Position numbers and translations under genes: made by a program. Below are positions 41,499 through 52,155 of a DNA stretch of 60,401 bases, piece after piece; within the stretch, counting starts at the first letter, position 1, and every line of letters begins with the position of its first letter. Source of the stretch: Promethearchaeota archaeon Loki_b32 (GTDB taxonomy: Archaea > Asgardarchaeota > Lokiarchaeia > Sigyniarchaeales > SOKP01). The stretch spans positions 1-60,401 of the forward strand of contig NJBH01000024.1 in assembly GCA_005223125.1 (NCBI GenBank), given 5' to 3'. A model generated the notes under the pieces. The model searched no databases. It had not been told where the DNA came from and was given only the letters and a program-made list of their open reading frames with translations.

Positions 41499-41615
41499 TT
41501 AGATTTCCACTTAGTTTCCATTGAAATTCAATTATTAAAAATATTGTCATAAAGAAGTTTTATAATAAAAATAGGATGATAAAAATCAAAAGAAAATATA
41601 AATCTAGGATTTTAC

Positions 41616-44189
41616 TTATTCTTTAACAACCAATTTTACAAGAATCATAGTAAGGATCATTGGAACAACTCCAATGCCAAATATTAAGAATAACGATGCG
41701 TTAATATAATTAGTAAACCCAACCGTTAAGAATATTTGACCTACTGAATCTATTAAATAATGTGTTATCATACAAGGAAGCAAACTTTTAGTTTTAATAT
41801 ACATATAGGAAAAAGCAAATCCCAAACAACTTGCAAATATGACTTGCATATAAGTGATATAATATCCTTGACCACTTAATAAATTCAATAAATGGAATAA
41901 ACCAAAGAGTAACCCATTAAGAATTATTGAAATATTTTGAGAATATTTCTTTAACTGTAGATTTAAAATAACTCCTCTAAAAGCAACCTCTTCCCATATA
42001 CCAGGTCTGAGCATAAAAAAGAATATGAACCATCCTAAACCTGTATATATACTAGGCTGTCTAACTAAAAGACCAGGATCAAATACATAAGTTCCAAGAA
42101 GTATAGCAAAAAATACGCTAGATAACCCAAATACTACAAGACTTCCCACACCAAGTAAGAGATTTCGCCATATAGGTTTAATAGAACTAAGTCCTATAGT
42201 TTGTGTATAATTTTTGAAAGATTCTTTTTTCGGAAGTTTTAATCCTAACGGAACTACTACAAACCATAAAAGTGATAATAATCCAAGATTCACAATGAAA
42301 TCAATAATAAGAATACCTAAAAACGACAGATTTACTAAAAGAGGCAGTAAAAGCAGTTCTACAGGAGCTACTAAAAACATAAATACAAAATACAAAATCA
42401 TAAGAGATACCGTTCCAATATTTACATGTTCTCTTAAAAAACCTCCAGTTTTATACTCTGAGATCTTTTCTACTTTTGGAAACATTCGGGTAAAAATGAA
42501 TATCATTAATGTTAATCCAAGAAGACCGATTATTCCCAGAACTATTAACGAGATGGTAATCCCGAAGAAATATATCAGAATACTCCCAGTTATTAGAATT
42601 ACGAAATAAAGTCCAAATTCAGATAAGATCATGAGGATCCATTTTAAAGTCTTATTTTCCTTATGTAATTCTTCAATAATGTACTTGTACTTCATTCTTC
42701 CAAAGAATTTAATTTTCAATACAAACATGAAAAAAAGCAAAGTCCATGCTATCGGTAATGTTATTAGAAGTAATCCTATAACAATAAATGAATTTAATAA
42801 AAACGTTAAAACTATAGAAGTTAGTATGAGTGATATTCCTTGAATTGAAAGCATCAATATAATTTTAGCTTTTGCTTGATCTCTTGGAATAATTGGTAAT
42901 GATGCTAATGTTGAACTACCTGATTCTTCAATATTCAGAAATCCTATGATTAACATTATCGGTATAACCATATAAACTATAAGGATTATTGACCATATTA
43001 TCAGAATTGCCTGAGTTGACGTTACCAACTCTACAAAAGCAACTTGCATTGTAAAAACCATTATTAAGGGATAAAAAATCGGGAAGAATATGAACATAAA
43101 TGATTGGATATCTCTAGTTGATGATACTATATCTTTACGTAAATATGCCTTAATTGGTGAAACTGCTTTCAAATCGAACTGAACATCTCTTTTTTTTACT
43201 TTTTCTATTTTAATCTCACTTGATATAGCACTACGTAAAGCATTTTGAGCAGTTTTGAATAACAACCATGTCACTACAATGCTTAAAGCAAACCCTGTAA
43301 GAGTAGTAAGTATTAAAATTGGATCTGCTTGAAATTGAATATTAGTTAATGACATCAAAAACGCAGGGGCACTTAGGAATGGAATTAAGCTTATAATAAT
43401 AATTAAAAGAAAAGAAGGTTCAGTAGTAGTAAAAATGTTAAAAAGACCGTCAACAGCATTTATTCCCAAACTGAATATAAAACTTGTACCAAACATGATG
43501 ATAAAATACCCTAACATCGTAATAAGTCTAACTAAATTCGCTCTTTTTGATTGTGCCTTTGATTCTGAAAAAAGATGACTCATTTTTTCTCCAATAAGTA
43601 CTAGAATACTAAAGCTGAACATAACATTCACAATAGATATAACAACAGAAATTAAAAAGATAATAATGTCTTGTGAAACAATAAGCATAATTATTGGAAA
43701 TCCAGCAATTAATATTATTAAAGGGATATCTAAAGTGCGAAATATAGTCATAAACCCTATCTTCTTCAGACTTTTCTTGGAAAAAGGAAGAGTCTGCAAC
43801 CACTTGAAAGCATTACCTGACATAAAAGAACTAGTTGAGATCAGACCAAACATTAACATATATAAAGTTATCATCCCAGAAAATATCATAAAAACTAGAG
43901 AAGACACAAAGACGATTGAATTCATTGAATAGATCCCCGAATCAACAGAATCTTGAATTTGGAAATAAGTAACTAATGGTAATATGGGTAAAAATACAAA
44001 AAGAAAACCAAAGACACATTTAAGAGCTAAAAATTGATGTTTAATGTAATTTTTGTTCTTTTTAAATTTCTCAATAAGTTTCGCTTGATGAGCTCCTGCA
44101 CTAGCAATCTGGCCTTCCATTAAATTTTCATAGGTGGGGTATTTGGCCAAAGCGTAGAAAGACTTTTGCTTTTTTTCTTCCAGGATCAA
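41616..44189 (-). CDS. ABC-2-type permease fused to a C-terminal CPBP/Abi (CAAX-protease-like) domain
   Basis: Polytopic membrane protein downstream of an ABC ATPase. PGIWEEVAFRG, FGLFH, HYLID. Confidence 0.8.
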   Translation of the reverse strand: MILEEKKQKSFYALAKYPTYENLMEGQIASAGAHQAKLIEKFKKNKNYIKHQFLALKCVFGFLFVFLPILPLVTYFQIQDSVDSGIYSMNSIVFVSSLVFMIFSGMITLYMLMFGLISTSSFMSGNAFKWLQTLPFSKKSLKKIGFMTIFRTLDIPLIILIAGFPIIMLIVSQDIIIFLISVVISIVNVMFSFSILVLIGEKMSHLFSESKAQSKRANLVRLITMLGYFIIMFGTSFIFSLGINAVDGLFNIFTTTEPSFLLIIIISLIPFLSAPAFLMSLTNIQFQADPILILTTLTGFALSIVVTWLLFKTAQNALRSAISSEIKIEKVKKRDVQFDLKAVSPIKAYLRKDIVSSTRDIQSFMFIFFPIFYPLIMVFTMQVAFVELVTSTQAILIIWSIILIVYMVIPIMLIIGFLNIEESGSSTLASLPIIPRDQAKAKIILMLSIQGISLILTSIVLTFLLNSFIVIGLLLITLPIAWTLLFFMFVLKIKFFGRMKYKYIIEELHKENKTLKWILMILSEFGLYFVILITGSILIYFFGITISLIVLGIIGLLGLTLMIFIFTRMFPKVEKISEYKTGGFLREHVNIGTVSLMILYFVFMFLVAPVELLLLPLLVNLSFLGILIIDFIVNLGLLSLLWFVVVPLGLKLPKKESFKNYTQTIGLSSIKPIWRNLLLGVGSLVVFGLSSVFFAILLGTYVFDPGLLVRQPSIYTGLGWFIFFFMLRPGIWEEVAFRGVILNLQLKKYSQNISIILNGLLFGLFHLLNLLSGQGYYITYMQVIFASCLGFAFSYMYIKTKSLLPCMITHYLIDSVGQIFLTVGFTNYINASLFLIFGIGVVPMILTMILVKLVVKE

Positions 44190-44194
44190 ACACC

Positions 44195-44995
44195 CTAATT
44201 TTTCATTTTAAAAGATGCTCGTAATTTCTTAACAATTTCATTAACTGAAGTATCTTGTTCAGTTAAGCGTAAGAACACATCTTCTAAACTTGCGCCAAGT
44301 TTGTCCGCTTGCTGACGTAGTTCTTCTAACGTCCCAATTCCGACTATTTTTCCTTTATGTATGATTCCTATTCTGTCACATAAATCTTGAGCAATCTCCA
44401 TTATATGAGTTGAAAAAAGAACTGAACCACCACTCTGTGTATGAAGTTCTAATATAGATTTAACAACTCTTACGGATTTAGCATCCAAACCAGAAATTGG
44501 TTCATCTAAAATAAGTAAATCTGGTTCATGAAGTATAGCAGCAATAATCTGTAATTTTTGTTTATTACCATGAGATAGTGTAGCAATCAATTGATCATAA
44601 TATTCAATTGCTTCTAAACTCTCTAAATACTCTCTTGCTAGTTCTGTTGTTCTAATCTCCTCTAATTGCCGTACAGATGCTATGAAGTTAAATAAGTCCT
44701 TTGGTGTTAAAGATTTAAAAATTAAAGGTTCTTCTGAAACATATCCAATACGACGTTTTATTTCAACTTCATCACGTTCAGGGTTCATTCCAAAAACACT
44801 CATTTCTCCTTCATTTGGTTCAAGAAGGCCCAATAGAAGTTTTATTGTGGTAGTTTTTCCAGCACCATTCGGTCCAAGAAGACCAAAAACTTCACCCTGT
44901 TTAACATTAAAAGAAATTCCATTCACTGCTTTAACTTCACCAAAAAATTTCTTTAATTCTTTAACAATAATAATATCTTTATTTGACATTTTCAT
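44195..44995 (-). CDS. ABC transporter ATP-binding protein
   Basis: GPNGAGKTT, LSHGNKQ, LILDEP, STH. Confidence 0.95.
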   Translation of the reverse strand: MKMSNKDIIIVKELKKFFGEVKAVNGISFNVKQGEVFGLLGPNGAGKTTTIKLLLGLLEPNEGEMSVFGMNPERDEVEIKRRIGYVSEEPLIFKSLTPKDLFNFIASVRQLEEIRTTELAREYLESLEAIEYYDQLIATLSHGNKQKLQIIAAILHEPDLLILDEPISGLDAKSVRVVKSILELHTQSGGSVLFSTHIMEIAQDLCDRIGIIHKGKIVGIGTLEELRQQADKLGASLEDVFLRLTEQDTSVNEIVKKLRASFKMKN

Positions 44996-45204
44996 TCAGT
45001 AAAATTGATAATTTTACATAAGTTTTTTGATAAAAAACCTATATATTTCTTTATATATCTACATATAATACTATATTTAAATGTTCTGAATAATATAATA
45101 ATATGGGTGTTTAAGGCTATTTCTACTAAAATTCAATAATTTAATAATATATATAGATATATATATCAAGAATAAATAATTGATAATGCTTAGAAAAGTA
45201 TTGT

Positions 45205-46152
45205 TTAATCTCTTTTCTGGTTTACAATTATTACTATAGAGATTATAATTAAGAGAGTACCAAATAAATGAGCAATTGTAAACGTCTCTCCCAGAATAAA
45301 TGTAGCAAATATAGCCGAAGCAATTGGAGTTGGAGCAAGTATGGTTGTAGCTTTTGATACATCTAAGTAAGATAGCGTTAAATACCAACAAATTAATCCA
45401 GATCCATAAACAGCACCCATTGTTAAAAAAAACAATGAATTGGCAGGCTCAATGAAAAGATTTAATTCTGGAGTGAAAAAGATCAAGTAGGTAGATATTA
45501 GTATCACTCCAGATATAATATTCCTAATAAACACCATTTGTATTGGTGTTGCTTCATTTCTACTAAATATTGGTTTTGTTAAAGTATGTCCTACCATCCA
45601 TAAAAAAGTAATTAATAGCAAAATTCCCACTCCAACCAAAATAGTGTTATTAATATCAAGTAAAGTAAAAAATTGAGTAATACTTATTGTCAATCCAAGG
45701 AATAATACAACTGAAAAAATAATTTGTAACTTTGTTATTCTTTCTTTTAAAATAAGATAGCCTAAAATAATTCCAAAGAAAACTGTGGTTTTTTGTGTTA
45801 AAGAGCCATTGATAGCTCCAGTCAAAGAATAACCAATAAAAAATAGCACTTGGTTCAATCCAAAAAGTAAACCAATAAAAATTAATAACCAAATATTTTT
45901 TTTCCAACCCTTTAAATAATGGAATCTTTCATTATCATTTCCATTTTTAATTTTTTGCTTATTAGATTTCATTAGTTTAAATTCAATTAGCACTATTGGA
46001 AAAAAAATCATTACCTCAACTAAGCAAGTCATTGCTCCTGAGAGATATGCATCAATAGCACTTGGTCTTAAAAGAGCAACTATTGGCTGTAGCCCTACAA
46101 AAATAACTCCTATACAACCTGTTATTAAACCTTTTTTAGTGTTATTATCCAA
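45205..46152 (-). CDS. DMT/EamA transporter
   Basis: Two EamA repeats ending in ILKERI and ILGETF. Confidence 0.88.
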   Translation of the reverse strand: MDNNTKKGLITGCIGVIFVGLQPIVALLRPSAIDAYLSGAMTCLVEVMIFFPIVLIEFKLMKSNKQKIKNGNDNERFHYLKGWKKNIWLLIFIGLLFGLNQVLFFIGYSLTGAINGSLTQKTTVFFGIILGYLILKERITKLQIIFSVVLFLGLTISITQFFTLLDINNTILVGVGILLLITFLWMVGHTLTKPIFSRNEATPIQMVFIRNIISGVILISTYLIFFTPELNLFIEPANSLFFLTMGAVYGSGLICWYLTLSYLDVSKATTILAPTPIASAIFATFILGETFTIAHLFGTLLIIISIVIIVNQKRD

Positions 46153-46410
46153 GGTATTTATGAATAATTATTGGCGGTAATAAAGTTTTATTTTGATATT
46201 AGTGTTTTTTTTTTAGGTTTGAGTTATTTTACTTAGATATAATAAATAAGGATTTCAAAAATGGAACAGATCACAAATCATTATGATTATAAAAATTAGA
46301 TTCTCGATTATTTTTATTATTCAATCAAGATTCGATTTTATTAAGAAACATTTAATTGATTAGTAAAATTTAAAAAAAGAACTTATTTAGATAATTGGAA
46401 GTGAATTGAA

Positions 46411-47223
46411 ATTTCTGACAAGAATGCGATTATAACTAAGGATCTTACTAAAAAGTTTGGTAATGTTGTAGCTGTAAATAAATTAAATTTAAAAATTCCT
46501 TATGGTATTACTTATGGGTTATTGGGACCGAATGGAGCAGGCAAAACCACAACCGTAAGAATGTTAAACGCGATTATTTCACCTACTGCAGGGACAGCAG
46601 AAGTTGTGGGATACGATATCATTAAACAAAGTAAACAAGTTAAAATTAATTGTGGTTTTTTACCAGAATCTCCTGGATTATATCAGAAACTTACAGCAAA
46701 GGAATTCCTAGAATTTGTGGGTGAGTTGTATTATTTACCTAAGGAATTAATATCATCGCGAATTGAAGAATTAATAGAGATTTTTAATTTAGAAGGACGT
46801 GAAAATGATTTATTAGAAGGTTATTCAAGAGGTATGAAGCAAAAAGTTTGTTTATGTGCCGCTTTAATACAGGATCCTAAAATGATCTTTTTAGATGAAC
46901 CTACTTCTAATTTGGACCCTGCAGCCGCGAGAATGGTAAAAGATTTACTATCTGATCTTACTAAAAAGGCGGATAAAACTATTTTTATCTGTACTCATCT
47001 TCTCGATGCTGCCGAAGAATTATGCGACTTTATTGGGATTATTGATAAAGGAGAATTAAAAGTTGAAGGAACCCCAAAGGATATAATAGACTCAGTTGAT
47101 GCAAAGGATTTAGAAGATGCATATTTGAAAATAATGGGAGTTTCTAAAATCGAAGATTTATTGGCCTGGAGAGAAGAAGTACCAAATAATATGGAAAAAG
47201 AAAGAAAAAAGAAAAAAAAATAA
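46411..47223 (+). CDS. ABC transporter ATP-binding protein (probable ATT start near 46405/46411)
   Basis: The frame extends upstream of 46522 as ISDKNAIITKDLTKKFGNVVAVNKLNL. GPNGAGKTT, YSRGMKQ, FLDEP. Confidence 0.9.
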   Translation: MSDKNAIITKDLTKKFGNVVAVNKLNLKIPYGITYGLLGPNGAGKTTTVRMLNAIISPTAGTAEVVGYDIIKQSKQVKINCGFLPESPGLYQKLTAKEFLEFVGELYYLPKELISSRIEELIEIFNLEGRENDLLEGYSRGMKQKVCLCAALIQDPKMIFLDEPTSNLDPAAARMVKDLLSDLTKKADKTIFICTHLLDAAEELCDFIGIIDKGELKVEGTPKDIIDSVDAKDLEDAYLKIMGVSKIEDLLAWREEVPNNMEKERKKKKK

Positions 47224-47233
47224 TCCCATAAAA

Positions 47234-48829
47234 ATGAGTCTTTGGACAAAAATCGCTAAAAACGAGATTAAACTTAGAACCAATAAATTTCGAAATCATA
47301 GAGTATTATTTTTCATAATCTTGTACTCTTTTTTATTAGTTTGGGCTTTTTTATTAGCTCCACTACTTTTTGATTTGTTTATGCCTACGTTTGTAGAAGC
47401 AATCGAACAAATTGATAGAGCAGTAGCCTTAATTATTGAATATGTGTTGATGGCTGTGTTTTTATCAGTTTTTATTTACCCTTTAAATAGCATTTACAGA
47501 AGAACTGAAATTGGGTTTAAAGAAATTATATTAGCCTCACCAGCTACCGCTGGTGATATATTTGTTGGTGAATTCATAGGAAGATTGCCTATTTATTTAG
47601 GAGGAATTTTGTTATTTACTCCAATTATTATAGGAATGCTTAACCCTATTTTTAATTTAAATATTGTACAATCCATAATTATTTATGGGTGTATTTCTGG
47701 ATTGATTATTTTTGCTGCTTTATTAGGTTCTATTGTTGCTGCGTGGTTAGAACATAAAATAGCTAAAAGTGAACGCGCAAGAGATTTAGGGAAAATACTA
47801 ATATTCCTACTTTCTATTGCTATGGTGGCGATAATTTATTCTTTACAATTTCTTTTTGATTTTCTTATAAATAATCCACAGTTAAGAAATTGGTTAATTT
47901 TTTATCCTTCTTTATGGTTTTCTAATATAATATTATATTTTATTGCCCCAAGCTTGTTAGGTAGATATATTTTAAATATTTGGTCTAGTACTACTCTTGT
48001 TATTGCTGTTCCTCTAATTATTTTTCTAATAGCATATAAAATGGCGGATCGATTTTTTACTGTAGAGGGGGGTATTGAAAAAATATCTACAACCATAAAA
48101 AGAGAAAACAAATTCTATTTTTTAATAAGGAAATCAACAGGGCATAAATGGGAAGGGTTGATAATTACTCAAATAAAGGATTTTTTGAGAAGAAGAGAGA
48201 GCATTATGAAGATTGTGTATTTACTAGGTTTAGTAGGAATTTTGGGAGTAATATTTTCAAATCTAGGGATAACCCATGTAATAGTAGAATCGATAGTAGT
48301 AGTTATGCTCATTATGATAGGGGGAATAATGTATGGATTATTATTTGGGAGCTATATCTTTGTTGGTTCTAAGGATATAATATGGTTGTACAAGAGGAGT
48401 CCTCGAAATATCTATGCGTTAGTTTTTTCATATCTTTTAGCTATGTTAATATTTAACATATTAATGACCTTAGGATTAACTATTTTCTTCGCTTACTTTT
48501 TTAATTTTGATCTATTTACTATTATATTTTTCTTTTGTTTCTATTTGATAAATAGTGAAGTTGTAATTTCTCAGGCTGTAGGAATTCAATGCTTAAGCCC
48601 TTCTTTTGAGGAAAAAGGAAGCACTATGACAACAAATAATCTTCTTTTAATGGTGTTTCAATTTATACCTTTTCAATTTGTATTTTTAATAGTTCTAATT
48701 GCATTTCCTATACCATCTTCTCCAGAATTAGCAAAATTCCACTTTCTTATGCCATTATTACTCATTTCTATAGGAATTGCACTACCGCTTTTATTTCTTG
48801 GGCTAAAAAAATTAAGTAAAATTGAGTAG
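47234..48829 (+). CDS. ABC-2-type permease
   Basis: Polytopic membrane protein 10 nt downstream of the ABC ATPase. Confidence 0.8.
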   Translation: MSLWTKIAKNEIKLRTNKFRNHRVLFFIILYSFLLVWAFLLAPLLFDLFMPTFVEAIEQIDRAVALIIEYVLMAVFLSVFIYPLNSIYRRTEIGFKEIILASPATAGDIFVGEFIGRLPIYLGGILLFTPIIIGMLNPIFNLNIVQSIIIYGCISGLIIFAALLGSIVAAWLEHKIAKSERARDLGKILIFLLSIAMVAIIYSLQFLFDFLINNPQLRNWLIFYPSLWFSNIILYFIAPSLLGRYILNIWSSTTLVIAVPLIIFLIAYKMADRFFTVEGGIEKISTTIKRENKFYFLIRKSTGHKWEGLIITQIKDFLRRRESIMKIVYLLGLVGILGVIFSNLGITHVIVESIVVVMLIMIGGIMYGLLFGSYIFVGSKDIIWLYKRSPRNIYALVFSYLLAMLIFNILMTLGLTIFFAYFFNFDLFTIIFFFCFYLINSEVVISQAVGIQCLSPSFEEKGSTMTTNNLLLMVFQFIPFQFVFLIVLIAFPIPSSPELAKFHFLMPLLLISIGIALPLLFLGLKKLSKIE

Positions 48830-48883
48830 ATTATCAATAAAGAAGAATATAGTAAATATATAGTTAGAAATTTTTAATTATAG

Positions 48884-50311
48884 TTATTTTAAAGCCTTCT
48901 CTGTTATTTTATTTAACTCTTTAGCTAATTTGTCATCAATTGGTTTTACTGAAGGCTTTTCTAATAATTTCTTAGATAAGTCTTTTGCTCTCTTTCTTGT
49001 TGATTTCGACCCTTTATCCTTCCATGAATCTCGTGTCATCCGATCTATTATGGAACTAGGAAAAAATAATTCTTTTCTAAAGTATTTTAAAGTTGATGGG
49101 TGGGATAGTAATTCTTCTTTATCTCCATAATCATTTAAAATCTCTGATGCAAAAGGAGCACCATAATCCTCAATTCCTTGAATAAATCTCTTCACCATCC
49201 CTATAATTTCATTATCAATTATTAATTTCTCGATACTCTGAGTAGATTCAAAATCCAACATTCCCGGGCCTGAAGTCATATTGTTTCCCGCTAAAGCAGC
49301 CAATAATGCCCCCATACCCGCTTCAAAACCTGCTTGACTATCAGGAATCTTTGAATCACTTAAACCCATGTATGCATGAGTTGGCATTTTTAAGAATTTT
49401 CCAATCTCAATATCTCCTAAATTGATCATCATAGTTTCAATTGCACCCATAGGAGTTGTTCCATGTTTCATATCAAACACAGCTGGAGAACCACCCCATA
49501 TTAATGGAGCCCCAGGTTTTGTCAATTGGACAATAACTACTCCCGCAAGACATTCAGCACAATGTTGAGTAATGGAGCCTATTAGTGTGATAGGAGCACT
49601 AGCTCCAGCTAAAGGCATTGATACGAATTCAGAAGGTATCATGCTTTTCGCAGCGTCAATTAATGATTGAGTTGTAAGATCGGACCATTTAAGCGGGGGA
49701 CTTGGACATGCATCAAATATAGCTAGTGGTTTTTTTGCTAGATCATCTTCAGATAATCTACATGCTAAAAGTATTTCTCGCATGATTGAAAAGCTTTCTT
49801 TACGAAATGTTCCTGTTACAACGGGTTTGTAGCAATTAGATAATGCAATATACAATCGATGCCAATCTTGAGCTTCTTTTGGGACATCCTGATAGACCAA
49901 GGCTGTACTTTGTGCTGCTATATATTCTAATTGCTCAACAATTTTAGAAAATCTAATGAAATCATTAGATAAAGCCTCCCTAATTTCTCCAGTATCCTCA
50001 TCAAGAATAAAAATTGCTGCTGATCCTGGATTAAAATGAGAATTATCATCTTTTAATGTAATATGTTCATTACCATCACGGTCAAATAAAGTAATCTCAG
50101 GAGGAACCGTTTTTAAACATTTATCAATTAAATCAGGTGGAATAAAATATCGTAAACCCTCATGAATTAATCCATTTTTATCAAATAAATTGAGGGCTTC
50201 TTGGTTTTCAATGAAAACACCTTGAACTTCAAGAATAGATTTAGCTTCTTCTAAGATCATTTCTTTATGATCATCATCTAAAATCTTAATCTTTGGTCTA
50301 ATAATTGGCAT
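48884..50311 (-). CDS. MttB-superfamily methylamine:corrinoid methyltransferase, non-pyrrolysine
   Basis: SPPLKW, AGASAPITLIG, PGAPLIWG, GLSDSKIPDSQAGFE, GPGML. No in-frame TAG. Confidence 0.9.
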   Translation of the reverse strand: MPIIRPKIKILDDDHKEMILEEAKSILEVQGVFIENQEALNLFDKNGLIHEGLRYFIPPDLIDKCLKTVPPEITLFDRDGNEHITLKDDNSHFNPGSAAIFILDEDTGEIREALSNDFIRFSKIVEQLEYIAAQSTALVYQDVPKEAQDWHRLYIALSNCYKPVVTGTFRKESFSIMREILLACRLSEDDLAKKPLAIFDACPSPPLKWSDLTTQSLIDAAKSMIPSEFVSMPLAGASAPITLIGSITQHCAECLAGVVIVQLTKPGAPLIWGGSPAVFDMKHGTTPMGAIETMMINLGDIEIGKFLKMPTHAYMGLSDSKIPDSQAGFEAGMGALLAALAGNNMTSGPGMLDFESTQSIEKLIIDNEIIGMVKRFIQGIEDYGAPFASEILNDYGDKEELLSHPSTLKYFRKELFFPSSIIDRMTRDSWKDKGSKSTRKRAKDLSKKLLEKPSVKPIDDKLAKELNKITEKALK

Positions 50312-50337
50312 TTAGATAATCTCCTTCATTTTAATTC

Positions 50338-51216
50338 TTAAAGGGAATCAATAATTTTCCGGATTGCATTAATAGTCTTTGGAGAAGTACCACAACATCC
50401 TCCTACTATTTTTGCTCCTACTCCTATCATTTCTTTAATGTCATTAACAAATTCATTTATAGGTTGTTCATAATACGTTTGGTCTCCCTTTATTACGGGT
50501 TGACCCGCATTAGGCTTTACTGAAAGTGGTTTATCAGTAAATTCAATAGCATTTTTCAATAAATCAAGCATATCATTGGATCCAAGAGTACAATTTGCTC
50601 CAATCACATCTACGTCTTCATTATTCAGAGTTTCAACACATTTTTCCAAGGAATCTCCCATAATTGTAAAGAAACCTTTTTTAGTCCTTTTATAAGTGAT
50701 TGAAGCAATTAATGGTTTTTTAGACACGTCTCTAACTGCCCTAATCGCTGTTAGCATTTCTTCTAAGTCGGAAATAGTTTCTATATGCCAAAGATCAACA
50801 CCCGTTTCTAATAATTTTACTTGAATTGAAAAACTAGAATACCATTCATCACTCGATGCATTTCCTACTGGAGGTCTAAATTCTCCAGTAGGACCAATAT
50901 CACCAACAATTAAACATCCAGAAAGGCGAACCTTTTTGATGTTTTCTAATGCATTCTCAATAATCTCTTCAATTCGAATTTCAAGATTATAATGACTTAA
51001 GTTTAGGGGTGTTGACCCAAAAGTATTTGTTTGGCACATATCTGAGCCAGCATCATAATAAGATTTATGTATTTCAGATATTATTTCTGATTGTTCAATG
51101 TTTAAGATATCCGGAATTTTCCCAGATGTTAATCCTCTTTTAATTAATTCACTTCCTAAACCTCCATCAAAAAGTATGGTCTTAGAATCGTCCTCCAACC
51201 AATCATGAAACGACAT
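50338..51216 (-). CDS. Stand-alone homocysteine S-methyltransferase domain (MetH N-terminal type)
   Basis: FDGGLGSEL, TNTFG, GDIGPTG, GANC, PNAG, VGGCCGT. Confidence 0.92.
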   Translation of the reverse strand: MSFHDWLEDDSKTILFDGGLGSELIKRGLTSGKIPDILNIEQSEIISEIHKSYYDAGSDMCQTNTFGSTPLNLSHYNLEIRIEEIIENALENIKKVRLSGCLIVGDIGPTGEFRPPVGNASSDEWYSSFSIQVKLLETGVDLWHIETISDLEEMLTAIRAVRDVSKKPLIASITYKRTKKGFFTIMGDSLEKCVETLNNEDVDVIGANCTLGSNDMLDLLKNAIEFTDKPLSVKPNAGQPVIKGDQTYYEQPINEFVNDIKEMIGVGAKIVGGCCGTSPKTINAIRKIIDSL

Positions 51217-51243
51217 TTCATAATCCTCTTTAAGGTATAATAA

Positions 51244-51900
51244 TTATTTATTTAAAAGAGATTTAACTAATTTAACGGCTTCAATAGCATTTTCAGCAGA
51301 ACCATGGGCATTACATTCCTCCACCCAGGCACTTGTTACAGGAGCACCGCCTAAAATTACTTTGAATTTATTCATAAGATTTTTCTCCCTCAAGATTTCA
51401 ATAATCTTTTTCTGACCAGTCATAGTGGTTGTTAATAGAGCAGAAACACCAATAATATCTGCTTTCTTTTCAACAGCTTCTTGTATAATTTTTTCAGCAG
51501 GCACATCCGCTCCTAAATCATAAACCTCGAATCCATATGCTCTCAACATGGTTGCGACAATAGTTTTTCCAATTGAATGAATATCTCCTTCAATGGTAGC
51601 TATTACAACTTTACCATGTGAAATCTCTTCTGATCCCTTTTGAAGATGTGGAATTAAAATATCCAAACATTTTTGCATTATTTGTGCTCCTCTCATTAAC
51701 TCAGGTAAGAAGAATTCACCATCTTCCCATAATTCTCCAACTTTACGAATTCCCGCAGAAAATCCCTTTTCCACCACTTCAAGTAAATTTATCTTCTTTT
51801 TTAGTGCTTCGTTTGCTAATTCAACAGCTTTATCCTCCTCTAAATTGACGATCGAATCTACTATATTCTTAAATATTTCCTCTCCAGTCAATATAATCAT
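51244..51900 (-). CDS. Methyltransferase cognate corrinoid (B12-binding) protein
   Basis: FFLPEL cap, GDIHSIGK, SALLTTT, GGAPV. Confidence 0.93.
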   Translation of the reverse strand: MIILTGEEIFKNIVDSIVNLEEDKAVELANEALKKKINLLEVVEKGFSAGIRKVGELWEDGEFFLPELMRGAQIMQKCLDILIPHLQKGSEEISHGKVVIATIEGDIHSIGKTIVATMLRAYGFEVYDLGADVPAEKIIQEAVEKKADIIGVSALLTTTMTGQKKIIEILREKNLMNKFKVILGGAPVTSAWVEECNAHGSAENAIEAVKLVKSLLNK

Positions 51901-52155
51901 TCCTCAAATGTAGCTAAATCAATAATTAAAACTTTGTTTTATGAATTAAAAATAATATTAGATAACATAAATGAAATAAGAAAAAATTTATCATTATACC
52001 TTTTCAAATAGTAACATCTCTTTTATTCATTTATTAGTATTGATAATTATAAAATAAAGTTGTAATTAAGTTTAATGCTGAATGAAGATCGTAAAAAATA
52101 TTTGGTAATGTTCTTTTTTTAGTTTAATTCAAATAAACTAGATTCGAGTGATTGG

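Noticed and set aside
48884-50311. Pyrrolysine in the MttB homolog
   Set aside because: There is no in-frame TAG, and Leu occupies the position before SDSK.
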